From positions 235,595-299,594 of the forward strand of contig JARGFT010000001.1 in NCBI GenBank assembly GCA_029210645.1: a stretch of DNA of 64,000 nt. The letters are read 5' to 3'. Positions 16,797-26,324 of the stretch are shown here, one piece after another. Position numbers and translations under genes: made by a program. The notes below the pieces were generated by a model. The model was given only the letters and a program-made list of their open reading frames with translations. It searched no databases and was not told the DNA's origin. Source of the stretch: Anaerosomatales bacterium. GTDB lineage: Bacteria; Actinomycetota; Coriobacteriia; Anaerosomatales; SLCP01. How positions within the stretch are numbered: position 1 is the first letter of the stretch; every line of letters begins with the position of its first letter.

Positions 16797-18785
16797 ATGG
16801 ACGCGCTTCACGGCGTGGAGCTGGTGGTCGACGTCACCGCCGTGTTCGCGCTCTCGATCGTAGCGGTGCTGATTTGTCACCGGCTCAAGATCCCTGCCGT
16901 GGTCGGCTTCCTGATCGGCGGTGTCCTCGCAGGACCCCACGTCCTCGGGCTGATCAGCTCGGCAGCGCAGGTCGAGGTGATGGCCGAACTCGGTATCGCG
17001 CTGCTGCTCTTCGTGATCGGGCTGGAGCTCTCCCTGCGTGATCTCGCTGAGATACGCAAGCCGTTCCTCATCGGTGGCACCATTCAGATGGCGGGGACTG
17101 CAGCGGTCATCTCCATCGGCTCGCTGATCATGGGCAGGACTTGGGAGCAGGCGGTCTTCCTCGGTTTCGTCGTCGCCCTCTCCAGTACTGCCGTCGTGCT
17201 GAAGCTGCTCCAGGACCGTGCCGACATCGAGAGCCCCCACGGCCGTATGGTGCTGGGGACGCTCATCTACCAGGACATCGCTGTTGTCCCGCTCATGATC
17301 GCCGCGCCGCTGTTCGCCGCCGCAGGTGGGGCGCCGGCCGAAGGCGGCTCGTCTCTCCTCGAGTTCATCGCCCGCCTGGTGATGGTCGGCGCGCTCGTCT
17401 ACGTGAGCTACCGGTGGCTCGTCCCGGTTCTGATGCATCAGGTGGCACGCACTCGCAGCAGGGAGACCTTCCTCCTTGCGGTGCTGGTCATCTGTATGGT
17501 CATCGCTTTGGCGAGTGGTGCGGCCGGGCTGTCGATCGCGCTTGGCGCGTTCCTTGCCGGCCTGGTGATATCCGACTCACCCTTCAGCCATCAGGCAGTT
17601 GGCGTCATCATGCCTTTCCGCGATGTCTTCATGAGCCTCTTCTTCGTCTCGATCGGCATGCTCGTTGACCTGCGCTTCATAGCAGAACATCCGCTGCTAA
17701 TCGCCGAGCTGACCCTCGGGATCCTGCTGATCAAGCCGTTGGTAGCCGGTTTCGCGACGCTCGTCCTCGGCTACCCGCTGCGCACTGCGATCCTCGCCGG
17801 GCTCGCTCTCGGCCAGATCGGGGAGTTCTCCTTCATCCTCGCCGAGGCGGGGGTCACTGTAGGACTGGTCGACCACGACCTGTTTCAGATCGTGGTCGCA
17901 TGTGCGGTGTTCAGTATGGTCCTCACACCTGCGCTACTCGCGGTGGCGCCGCGTGTGGCTCACCGCATGTCGGGGCTCCCACTGCCCGACTGGCTGATAC
18001 GGGGCCGCAACGCTACAGAGCTCACGGCGGAGCACGACCACCACGGGCACGTCCTCGTGATCGGGTTTGGGATCACCGGCCGCAACGTGGTCCACTCGGT
18101 CGACCACGCGGGGGTGCTCTCGACGGTCATCGAGCTCAACCCGGACGTCGTACGCACCGCCCGCGAGGAGGGCGTGGACATCCACTACGGTGATGCGAGC
18201 AACCCGGCCGTGCTCGAGCACGTACACGCGGCTGAGGCCCGCGCGATCGTGATCGCGATCGACGACCCGATCGCCACCCGGCGCATCGTCGAACTGGCCA
18301 GGCGGATGTCTCCGGACGCGTTCATCGTGGTCCGCACGCGCTATCTTCGCGGCACCGAGGACCTGCACTCGCTCGGTGCGGACGAGGTCATCGCCGACGA
18401 GGTGGAGGTCTCCGTCGAGGTGCTCTCACGGGTGCTCGCCCGGATGCTTGTGCCCCGGGAAGACATCGAGCGGTGCATCCGTGAGATCAGGGCCGAGACG
18501 CGCGACATGGCGCGTCCGCTCTCCGACCACGCCCTGTCTGCGGGCGATCTCCGGGTTGAGGTCCCCGAGCTGCGTACGCAGACCTTCCGGGTCACCGAGG
18601 GCTCGCCGTTCGCGCACCGCACGATCGCCGAGCTCGAGCTGCGCCCGCGCTACGGAGTCACGGTGCTCGCGGTCAGACGCGGCGACCGCTCGATGCCCAA
18701 CCCGCCCGGCCACACCGAGATACGCGTCGACGACGTGCTCTTCGTCATCGGACCAGAAGGCTTCGACCCCCATAAGGTCACGTAG
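16797..18785 (+). CDS. CPA2/Kef-type cation:proton antiporter with TrkA-N and TrkA-C domains
   Basis: About 13 TM segments, LSSTAVV, QD, GEFSF; GFGITG Rossmann domain, YGDA; C-terminal RCK-C. Confidence 0.9.
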   Translation: MDALHGVELVVDVTAVFALSIVAVLICHRLKIPAVVGFLIGGVLAGPHVLGLISSAAQVEVMAELGIALLLFVIGLELSLRDLAEIRKPFLIGGTIQMAGTAAVISIGSLIMGRTWEQAVFLGFVVALSSTAVVLKLLQDRADIESPHGRMVLGTLIYQDIAVVPLMIAAPLFAAAGGAPAEGGSSLLEFIARLVMVGALVYVSYRWLVPVLMHQVARTRSRETFLLAVLVICMVIALASGAAGLSIALGAFLAGLVISDSPFSHQAVGVIMPFRDVFMSLFFVSIGMLVDLRFIAEHPLLIAELTLGILLIKPLVAGFATLVLGYPLRTAILAGLALGQIGEFSFILAEAGVTVGLVDHDLFQIVVACAVFSMVLTPALLAVAPRVAHRMSGLPLPDWLIRGRNATELTAEHDHHGHVLVIGFGITGRNVVHSVDHAGVLSTVIELNPDVVRTAREEGVDIHYGDASNPAVLEHVHAAEARAIVIAIDDPIATRRIVELARRMSPDAFIVVRTRYLRGTEDLHSLGADEVIADEVEVSVEVLSRVLARMLVPREDIERCIREIRAETRDMARPLSDHALSAGDLRVEVPELRTQTFRVTEGSPFAHRTIAELELRPRYGVTVLAVRRGDRSMPNPPGHTEIRVDDVLFVIGPEGFDPHKVT

Positions 18786-18859
18786 GGTTCCCGTGCCGAT
18801 GCGCTATCATACGAACCGCCGCATCCCATCCGTCGCCACCTGCGAGGAGTCTCCGTCGT

Positions 18860-19861
18860 ATGACACGTAAGCGCGCGCTCACCGGCTATCGGCCCACCGG
18901 CAAGCTCCACCTCGGCCACTGGTTCGGCAATCTCCAGAACATGCTGACCATGCAGAACGAGTACGACGCGTTCTACTTCATCGCGGACTGGCACGCGCTC
19001 ACCAGTGATTGGGCCGACACCACACGAGTTCGCGAGTTCACCGAGGAGATGGTACTCGACTGGTGTGCCGCCGGCCTCGATCCCGCGCGGTGCACCATCT
19101 ACCGCCAGTCGGATGTCCCCGAGGTCGCCGAGCTTGCGCTCTACTTCTCGATGGTCACCCCGATGTCGTGGCTCGAGCGCGTCCCCTCGTACAAGGAGCA
19201 GCGCGAGCAGGTGACCGACAAGGACCTCGGCAACCTCGGCTTCTTCATGTACCCGCTGTTGCAAGCTGCCGACATCACGATCGTGCTTGCCGACGTGGTC
19301 CCTGTGGGCGAGGACCAGCTCCCGCACCTGGAGCTCACGCGCGAGATCGTGCGGCGGTTCAACAACGCCTACGGTGAGTATCTCGTGGAGCCTGCCGCGC
19401 TCATCGCGAAGCAGGGCGCACGGGTTCCGGGTACCGACGGACGCAAGATGAGCAAGTCGTACGGCAACTCCATCTTCATCTCGGACTCTCCCGACGAGAT
19501 CACCGCGAAGGTGCGTGGCATGATCACCGACCCTGCGCGCAAGCTGAAGACCGATCCGGGCGACCCGGATATCTGTCCGCTCCACCAGATACACAAGCTG
19601 GTCAGCCCCGACCCGGCCGACATCGCCGAGTGGGATCGTTGCTGCCGCAGTGCGGAGTGCGGTTGTGTCGCTCACAAGCAGAAGATGGCCACCGACCTCG
19701 TCGAGTACCTTGCCGAGTTCCGCGCGCGTCGCGAGGAGCTTGCCGCGCGGCCGGGCTTCGCGTGGGAGGTCCTCGAGGCCGGGGCCGCCAAGGCACGGCC
19801 GGTTACCTCAGAGGTCGTCGAGACCTGTCGGCGCCTCGTGCGCATCGACAACAACGGGTAG
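18860..19861 (+). CDS. trpS: Tryptophan--tRNA ligase
   Basis: PTGKLHLGH, YPLLQAADI, VPVGEDQ, KMSKS. Confidence 0.96.
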   Translation: MTRKRALTGYRPTGKLHLGHWFGNLQNMLTMQNEYDAFYFIADWHALTSDWADTTRVREFTEEMVLDWCAAGLDPARCTIYRQSDVPEVAELALYFSMVTPMSWLERVPSYKEQREQVTDKDLGNLGFFMYPLLQAADITIVLADVVPVGEDQLPHLELTREIVRRFNNAYGEYLVEPAALIAKQGARVPGTDGRKMSKSYGNSIFISDSPDEITAKVRGMITDPARKLKTDPGDPDICPLHQIHKLVSPDPADIAEWDRCCRSAECGCVAHKQKMATDLVEYLAEFRARREELAARPGFAWEVLEAGAAKARPVTSEVVETCRRLVRIDNNG

Positions 19862-19873
19862 GGGGCGTCCCCG

Positions 19874-20623
19874 CTGGGCTACCGGGTCAAGATCGACGCC
19901 TTCGAGGGACCGTTCGACCTCCTGCTGCACCTCGTTGCACGGCAGAAGGTCGACGTGAGCTCGATCTCCATCACCGAGGTCACGGACCAGTACCTCGCCT
20001 ACATCGAGGGAATGCACGAGCTCGACCTCGATGTCGCGAGCGACTTCCTGCTCGTGGCTGCCACGCTGCTCGAGATCAAGGCAGCCAGCCTGCTTCCCAC
20101 AGAGGAGCAGTATATCGGCGAGGACATCGACGACCTCTCTCCTGAAGAGGCACGCGAACTCCTCGTGACCCGTCTGCTCGCGTACAAGCAGTTCAAGAAC
20201 GTCGCTGCAGAGCTCGCGGCCCGGATGGAGTCGGTCTCGCACATGCATCCGCGTCAGGCAGGCCTTGAAGAGCCCTTCGTGGGGCTCATGCCCGACTATC
20301 TCGAGGGCCTCACTCTGCGCGGTCTTGCGGTGATCTGTGCCGACCTTCTTCACAAGCGCGAGGTCTTTCTCCTGCAGGCAGAGCACGTTGCCGCGGCACC
20401 GATCAGCCTGGAGTTGCACACCGAGAGCGTGTCGCGGACCCTGGCGCGTGCGGGTACGGTACGCTTCAGCGAACTGCTCGGCACCGACCCCACGCCAGAG
20501 GTCCTCGTCGTGACGTTCCTCGCCATTCTCGAACTCTACAAGCGGGGACGGGTTCAGCTGCGACAGGACGAACTGTTCGACGACATCGTGGTGACAGCCA
20601 CCGACGTTCAGGAGGATTCGTGA
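19874..20623 (+). CDS. scpA: Segregation and condensation protein A (probable CTG start)
   Basis: Conserved N-terminus (M)GYRVKIDAFEGPFDLLLHLV lies upstream of the first GTG (19955); FLAILEL C-terminal winged helix. Confidence 0.9.
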   Translation: MGYRVKIDAFEGPFDLLLHLVARQKVDVSSISITEVTDQYLAYIEGMHELDLDVASDFLLVAATLLEIKAASLLPTEEQYIGEDIDDLSPEEARELLVTRLLAYKQFKNVAAELAARMESVSHMHPRQAGLEEPFVGLMPDYLEGLTLRGLAVICADLLHKREVFLLQAEHVAAAPISLELHTESVSRTLARAGTVRFSELLGTDPTPEVLVVTFLAILELYKRGRVQLRQDELFDDIVVTATDVQEDS

Positions 20624-20624
20624 C

Positions 20625-21260
20625 ATGCAAGCGGACGTGACGCTCCGCGGTGCGATCGAGGCACTGCTCTTCGTGTCGGACGAGCCGGTCTCGGCCTCGC
20701 GCATCGGCAAGATACTCGAGGCCGATGTGTCGAGCATCGCCCGGGTTCTCTCCGATCTGGCCGAGGAGTACCGCAACGACGAGCGGGGATTTCAGCTCCG
20801 TGAGGCAGCGGGAGGATGGCGCCTCTACACGCATCCGGCCCATCACGACGCGATCGAGCAGTTCGTCCTCTCCTGGGACACGCGCCGCCTCTCCCAGGCG
20901 GCACTGGAGGCGCTTGCGGTCGTCGCGTACCACCAGCCCGTGACCAGGGCCGGTGTGAATGCCGTGCGCGGCGTGAACAGCGAGGCGGTGATCTCCTCGC
21001 TCATCGAGAAGGGCCTGGTACGCGAGGCTGGTCGCGATCGTGAAGCAAGCAACGCCATCATCTACACGACGACAAGAACGTTCCTTGAGAAGTTCGGGTT
21101 GAAGAGCCTCGACGAACTGCCGCCGCTCGAGGAGTTCGCCCCCGACGAGCGAACCGAGGCCGCCATACGCGATCGTCTGGGTGGTCCGTCTGCAGACATC
21201 GGGTTCGGAGTGGATGACGCTTCCGGGCCCGACGAGGACGACGTCACCGGGATCGACTGA
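20625..21260 (+). CDS. scpB: Segregation and condensation protein B
   Basis: IEALLFVS, LSQAALEALAVVAYHQPVTR, FLEKFGL..LDELP. Confidence 0.95.
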   Translation: MQADVTLRGAIEALLFVSDEPVSASRIGKILEADVSSIARVLSDLAEEYRNDERGFQLREAAGGWRLYTHPAHHDAIEQFVLSWDTRRLSQAALEALAVVAYHQPVTRAGVNAVRGVNSEAVISSLIEKGLVREAGRDREASNAIIYTTTRTFLEKFGLKSLDELPPLEEFAPDERTEAAIRDRLGGPSADIGFGVDDASGPDEDDVTGID

Positions 21261-21262
21261 CG

Positions 21263-22039
21263 GTGGCATCCCCTCGAACCACTGGAGCATCGGGAGACGA
21301 TGGCGGGCGTATCGTCCCCATGCGCCTGCAGCGTTTCCTTGCGCGCTCCGGTGTGGCGTCGCGCCGGGGGAGCGAGGACCTGATGACCGCCGGCCGCGTG
21401 CGGGTGAACGGCGAGGTCGTGCGCGAACTCGGCTCCCGGGTCGATCCTCTCGTCGACGTGGTCGAGGTCGACGGGCGGGTCGTCACACTGGCTTCGACAC
21501 CGGTCTACATCGTGCTCAACAAGCCGGCGGGATACGTGACAACCATGAATGACCCGCAGGGGCGTCCCACGGTTGCCGATATCGTTCCACGTGATCCCGC
21601 AGGGCTCTTCCCGGTCGGTCGGCTCGACCTTGAGACGACGGGATTACTGCTCTTCACGACGGACGGGGACCTCGCGCACCGGCTTCTGCACCCGAGATAC
21701 CACGTAGAGAAGGTCTACCACGCACGGGTACAGGGCACACCCTCACCCGAGGATCTCGACACCCTGGCAGCCGGCGTCAAGCTCGAGGACGGCATGACCG
21801 CACCGGCCCGCGTCCGCTTGCTCGATCCCGGGCCGCCTGCCTCGGTCGAGATCGCGATACGGGAAGGGCGCAAGCGACAGGTCCGGCGTATGTTCCTCGC
21901 TGTCGAGCACGCGGTCATATCGCTGCACAGAGAGTCCTTCGGTCCAATCCGCCTCGGCGATCTTGCCGCGGGTGCGCATCGCGCGCTCGGGTCCGAGGAG
22001 GTTGCCGCACTCTGGCGCGCTGCGGGGAGCGATGTGTGA
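21263..22039 (+). CDS. rluB: Pseudouridine synthase, RsuA/RluB family (start possibly ATG 21320)
   Basis: S4 domain RLQRFLARSGVASRR; GRLD catalytic motif; EGRKRQVRRM. Confidence 0.88.
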   Translation: MASPRTTGASGDDGGRIVPMRLQRFLARSGVASRRGSEDLMTAGRVRVNGEVVRELGSRVDPLVDVVEVDGRVVTLASTPVYIVLNKPAGYVTTMNDPQGRPTVADIVPRDPAGLFPVGRLDLETTGLLLFTTDGDLAHRLLHPRYHVEKVYHARVQGTPSPEDLDTLAAGVKLEDGMTAPARVRLLDPGPPASVEIAIREGRKRQVRRMFLAVEHAVISLHRESFGPIRLGDLAAGAHRALGSEEVAALWRAAGSDV

Positions 22040-22614
22040 TGGCGCTTGTCGTGATCACAGGAGGTGCCCGCAGCGGCAAGTCTGCGGCGGCGCAGCGAAT
22101 GGCGGTTGCACGCTCGCGCGCCGGGGCAAGGGTTGTGGTGGCCGTCTTCGGAAAGGCCGACGGGGACCCCGAGTTCGCCGAACGCATCGAGAGACACCGC
22201 ACCGGGCGGCCCGAGGGGTTCCGCACGCTCGAGGCGAGCGACCCGCGTTCGTGGATCGAGGATGTCGCCGAAGACGAGCTGCTTGTACTGGAGTGCCTGG
22301 GGACTCTCACGGCCTTGGCCATGGAGGAGATCGGACAGACTGAGACGGAGGTCGCGTCATCCGACCTCCTTGACTCCTCCCTGAGCGAGTTCGTCGAGTG
22401 GGTGGTGCGCCGCCCGGGAGATACGATCGTTGTGACAAACGAGGTCGGGTGGGGCGTGGTTCCCTCATTCGCATCCGGACGGATCTTCCGCGACGCGCTC
22501 GGGCGGGCGAACGCCGCACTCGTGACCGCTGCTGACGCCTCCTATCTCGCCGTCAACGGGAGGCTCCTTGACCTGGGTTGCCTGCCGCGTGACGTGCAGT
22601 GGCCCGCCGACTGA
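22036..22614 (+). CDS. cobU: Adenosylcobinamide kinase / cobinamide-phosphate guanylyltransferase
   Basis: GGARSGKS, RIERHR, VTNEVGWGVVP, FRDALGRAN. Confidence 0.92.
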   Translation: MMALVVITGGARSGKSAAAQRMAVARSRAGARVVVAVFGKADGDPEFAERIERHRTGRPEGFRTLEASDPRSWIEDVAEDELLVLECLGTLTALAMEEIGQTETEVASSDLLDSSLSEFVEWVVRRPGDTIVVTNEVGWGVVPSFASGRIFRDALGRANAALVTAADASYLAVNGRLLDLGCLPRDVQWPAD

Positions 22615-22620
22615 AGGAGT

Positions 22621-23700
22621 TTGACGCGCGTGGACGCTCGTGAACGGATACGTACACTCCTGGACTCGGTGAGGCCCACCGATCCGGCTGCCGAGCGGCG
22701 CGCGTGGGCGCGGCTGGACACGCTGACCAAGCCACCCCGAAGCCTTGGAAGACTCGAGGAGGTCGCGGCCGCGATCGCCCGCATTCAGGGTACCGACCGT
22801 CCCTCGGTCACGCGCAAGGCCATCATCCTCATGGCCGGGGACCACGGTGTCGTGGCCGAGGGGGTTTCGCCGTATCCTCAGTCGGTGACGTGGCAGATGG
22901 TTGCTAACTTCGCGGCCGGTGGAGCAGCCATCAACCAGATCGCCTCCTCGGTTGGCGCTGATCTGCTCCTTTACGATCTGGGGGTAGTCGGGGACACGAG
23001 CGTCTTCACCGGTGTCAATCAAGCCAAGGTGGTCCGGGGGACCGCGAACATGCGCCTTGGACCGGCGCTGACCCGCGATCAGGCGGTGGAGGCTCTCCTC
23101 GCAGGTGCCCAAGCCGCCTCCGAGGCTGCAGATGGCGGAGTTGCGCTTCTCGGTACGGGTGAGATGGGAATCGGGAATACCACCGCGGCGGCAGCCCTTA
23201 CCGCCGCGTACACGGGTGCACCCGTGGAGCGGGTCGTGGGACCGGGGACCGGCCTCGACCACACCGGCGTAGCTCACAAGATGGCCGTGGTCCGCGATGC
23301 GCTCGCACGCAATGTCACGCCGGGAAGCGACGCACTGGACATCCTCGCTGCGCTGGGCGGTGCCGAGATCGCCGGTCTTGCCGGTGTCATGCTCGGCGGA
23401 TCCGCACGGGGTGTCTGCGTGCTCGTGGACGGGTTCATCTCGGGAGCAGCCGCGCTGGCTGCCGTCGCGCTCTGCCCGTCATGCCGTGACCACCTCCTTG
23501 CGTCACACCGGTCGCTGGAGCCGGGCCACACCGTCCAACTCGATCATCTGGGCATGGCGCCCGTGCTCGATCTCGATCTGAGACTCGGGGAGGGAACCGG
23601 CGCAGCGCTCTCCATGGGGCTTGTGGACGCAGCGTGTCGGATGCTTTCGGGTATGGCGACGTTTGAGGAGGCCGGAGTGAGCGGCTCGGAGTCCGCGTGA
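22621..23700 (+). CDS. cobT: Nicotinate-nucleotide--dimethylbenzimidazole phosphoribosyltransferase
   Basis: LTKPPRSLGRLE, AGDHGV, GEMGIGNTT, DGFIS, LRLGEGTGA. Confidence 0.95.
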   Translation: MTRVDARERIRTLLDSVRPTDPAAERRAWARLDTLTKPPRSLGRLEEVAAAIARIQGTDRPSVTRKAIILMAGDHGVVAEGVSPYPQSVTWQMVANFAAGGAAINQIASSVGADLLLYDLGVVGDTSVFTGVNQAKVVRGTANMRLGPALTRDQAVEALLAGAQAASEAADGGVALLGTGEMGIGNTTAAAALTAAYTGAPVERVVGPGTGLDHTGVAHKMAVVRDALARNVTPGSDALDILAALGGAEIAGLAGVMLGGSARGVCVLVDGFISGAAALAAVALCPSCRDHLLASHRSLEPGHTVQLDHLGMAPVLDLDLRLGEGTGAALSMGLVDAACRMLSGMATFEEAGVSGSESA

Positions 23701-24485
23701 AGGACGTGTCGACATCGCGCCCGCTGCGGGACCTCTCGCTGGCGGTGACGCTGCTGACGGCGGTCCCGCTGCCAGCGCGCTGGCCCGCCGACGAACGTCC
23801 GGATGTCGCGGGCTACTTCCCGCTGGCAGGTGCGCTGCTGGGTAGTGTCGGGTACGTTTTCCTCGCCCTTGCCGCACGGCTGGGTGTTCCGGGCGGCACT
23901 CGTGTCAGCCTCGAGTCTGTGATGCTTGCGGTGTTGCTGGTGACCATGTGGGCGATGCTCACCCGCATGCTGCACTGGGACGCGCTTGCGGATGTCGCGG
24001 ACGCCTACTGGGGAGCGCATGAGCCGTCCATGCGCCTGGAGATTGCAAGCGATCCCCACGTCGGGGCGTTCGGTGTCGCCGGTATCGTGCTGGTCGCTCT
24101 CGTACAGGTTGCAGCACTCTCGCTGCTCATCGCGAACGGGTTCCTTGTCGCCGTCGCCGTCGCCGTGGTGATCGCGCGCTACGCTGCGCTTTTCGGAGCC
24201 TGGCTGGGCTCGCCTGCCAAACAGACCGGTCTCGGAGCTGTGGTCGCGGGCCGACCACGTCCGGCATCCGTTGTTGCCGCCACACTCGTGTTCCTGGCGA
24301 CGTTGTCACTGTCGTGGGCCTCCGGGCCGGGTGCCTTCGCGGCCGTCGTAGTCTGTCTCGTCGTCGCGCTCGGGGTCCCGCACGTGCTCGCATCGCGTTT
24401 CGGCGGCATCACCGGAGACGTTCTCGGCGCGAGCATTCTGCTGACCGAGACCGCTTCGCTCGCGATCCTCGCATGGGTCCGGTAG
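23697..24485 (+). CDS. cobS: Adenosylcobinamide-GDP ribazoletransferase (cobalamin synthase)
   Basis: LHWDALADVAD, DPHVGAFG, GGITGDVLGA; multi-TM. Confidence 0.92.
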   Translation: MKDVSTSRPLRDLSLAVTLLTAVPLPARWPADERPDVAGYFPLAGALLGSVGYVFLALAARLGVPGGTRVSLESVMLAVLLVTMWAMLTRMLHWDALADVADAYWGAHEPSMRLEIASDPHVGAFGVAGIVLVALVQVAALSLLIANGFLVAVAVAVVIARYAALFGAWLGSPAKQTGLGAVVAGRPRPASVVAATLVFLATLSLSWASGPGAFAAVVVCLVVALGVPHVLASRFGGITGDVLGASILLTETASLAILAWVR

Positions 24486-24489
24486 GACG

Positions 24490-25077
24490 ATGAGTGACAC
24501 CGAATTCTTGATCGTGCGTCATCCCGAGACGTGGGCCAACGTTGAAGGCCGGTTCGTCGGCCGCGGTGAATCTCCCTACACGGAGCGCGGCAGGCGGCAG
24601 TTCGATCTCTTGGCGGCACGGATCGCAGCGTTTCGTCCGGATGCCGTCTGGTCGAGCCCGCTTGCACGTGCACATGACGTGGCCGTTGCGGCAGCAGGCG
24701 CGTGCGAGGCCACCGTGACGCTCGATGACCGGCTGTTGGAGCTGGACTTCGGGCAGGCCGAGGGGCTGACGTGGCCCGAGATCGAGGCGGCAGGACTGGA
24801 GTTCGACTACCGCTCGGTGGACACTCCGGTCGCGCCCGGAGGCGAGTCCCGTGGCCAGATAGAGACCCGGTCCGCCGCGTTCGCGGATTCGCTTGTGACC
24901 GCGGGCGGGCGCCACGCGGTATGCACCCACGGAGGCGTGTTCCGAGCGATGCTGGTGCATCTCCTCGGCCTGTCGATCACCGACATATGGGCCTTCCACA
25001 TCCGTAACGGGGCGGTGGCGCACGTGAGCGTGACCGAAGGACACGGCATGATCGAGGAGTTCCGCGTCCACGGATGA
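24490..25077 (+). CDS. cobC: Histidine phosphatase family, probable alpha-ribazole phosphatase
   Basis: RH(P)ET, SSPLARA, ELDFG..EG, THGG; follows cobUTS. Confidence 0.75.
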   Translation: MSDTEFLIVRHPETWANVEGRFVGRGESPYTERGRRQFDLLAARIAAFRPDAVWSSPLARAHDVAVAAAGACEATVTLDDRLLELDFGQAEGLTWPEIEAAGLEFDYRSVDTPVAPGGESRGQIETRSAAFADSLVTAGGRHAVCTHGGVFRAMLVHLLGLSITDIWAFHIRNGAVAHVSVTEGHGMIEEFRVHG

Positions 25078-25085
25078 GTTCCCGC

Positions 25086-25114
25086 TTGCCCGTGCGCTTC
25101 CGACCTGCGACAAT
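25086..25114 (+). promoter_or_regulatory. Possible internal promoter TTGCCC-N17-GACAAT with extended -10 TG
   Basis: Lies in the cobC-hisC intergenic gap. Confidence 0.4.
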
Positions 25115-25161
25115 CCTCGGCACACCCGCACCGGGAACGCAAGGAGTGCCAGAGGGCCGAG

Positions 25162-26262
25162 ATGGACTGGGAAGCCGCCATACGAGCAGCGCTCGATCCC
25201 ATGGTGCCCTACGCGCCCGGTTTGCGCGCGAGTGAGGTGCGCGAACGCTCGGGCCGGGACACGATACTGAAGCTGTCGAGCAACGAGCACCCCTGCGGAC
25301 CCTTTCCTGGAGCGGTCGCCGCGATGGAAGCGGTGCTGACCCGTTTGAACCGCTACCCCGACGGTGCCGCCCGCGCACTGCGGCGAGCACTCTGCGAACA
25401 CCTTGACGTCGCTGATGAGACTCTCGTTATCGGCAACGGTTCGAACGAGATCATCCGTCTGCTCACCCAGGCTGTCGTGCGTCCGGGCGACGAGATCGTC
25501 TTCGCGTGGCCGAGTTTCGTGGTCTACCCCATGGTCGCGCAGATGTTCGGGGCCACCGCCGTGAGGGTTCCGCTCACCGCCGATGAGACGCACGACCTTC
25601 CCGCGATCCTCGCTGCTATCACCGAGCGGACGCGCATCGTCTTTCTGTGCAATCCCAATAACCCCACCGGCACGATCTACCGCCGTGATGCCTTCGAACG
25701 CTTCATGGCCGAGGTCCCGGATCACGTGATCGTTGTGGCCGACGAAGCCTACTTCGAGTTCGTCACCGACGACCGGTATCCCGACGCGCTGGAGTGGTTC
25801 GATGGGCAGCGGCCCCTCGCAGTCCTGAGGACCTTCTCGAAGATCTACTCGCTTGCAGGGGTGCGCATCGGCTACGGTGTCCTGCCGGCAGCGCTGGCGC
25901 GCGCGGTCGACAAGATCCGTGAGCCCTTCAACGTGAACATCGTGGCGCAGGTCGGTGCCTACTACTCGCTCGGCGATGAGGCCGAGGTCGAGCGTCGCCG
26001 GCGCGAGAACCAGGAGCAGAAGACCTACCTCTATTCGGCCTTCGACCGGCTTGGTATGGGGTATGTCCCGTCGGAGACCAACTTCGTCTACGTCAGGACT
26101 GACCGTCCGGTCGAAGTGTTCGAGGCACTCCTCGGCGAAGGTGTCATCGTACGTGACTTCGGTACCGCACCTGCACTGCGGGTGGGCATCGGGACACCGG
26201 ACGACACCCGGGCGACGGTCGCGGCGTTCGAAGCGATCAGCACACGGCTCGGTGGCGTCTAA
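25162..26262 (+). CDS. hisC: Histidinol-phosphate aminotransferase
   Basis: KLSSNE, NRYPD, GNGSNE, CNPNNPTG, DEAY, RTFSKIYSLAGVRIGY; upstream of aroF-tyrA-aroA. Confidence 0.85.
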   Translation: MDWEAAIRAALDPMVPYAPGLRASEVRERSGRDTILKLSSNEHPCGPFPGAVAAMEAVLTRLNRYPDGAARALRRALCEHLDVADETLVIGNGSNEIIRLLTQAVVRPGDEIVFAWPSFVVYPMVAQMFGATAVRVPLTADETHDLPAILAAITERTRIVFLCNPNNPTGTIYRRDAFERFMAEVPDHVIVVADEAYFEFVTDDRYPDALEWFDGQRPLAVLRTFSKIYSLAGVRIGYGVLPAALARAVDKIREPFNVNIVAQVGAYYSLGDEAEVERRRRENQEQKTYLYSAFDRLGMGYVPSETNFVYVRTDRPVEVFEALLGEGVIVRDFGTAPALRVGIGTPDDTRATVAAFEAISTRLGGV

Positions 26263-26324
26263 CGCTATCTCCGTTGCCGAGGAGGCGTGACAGGGTACGC
26301 ACCTAGGCGAGGGAGTGAACAGCG

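Noticed and set aside
18786-18859. T-box leader for trpS
   Set aside because: Only 74 bp, with no T-box consensus or terminator
19859-19873. Programmed amber (pyrrolysine) read-through fusing TrpS to ScpA
   Set aside because: No pyl genes in the window, and an SD plus CTG at the expected Met position is simpler
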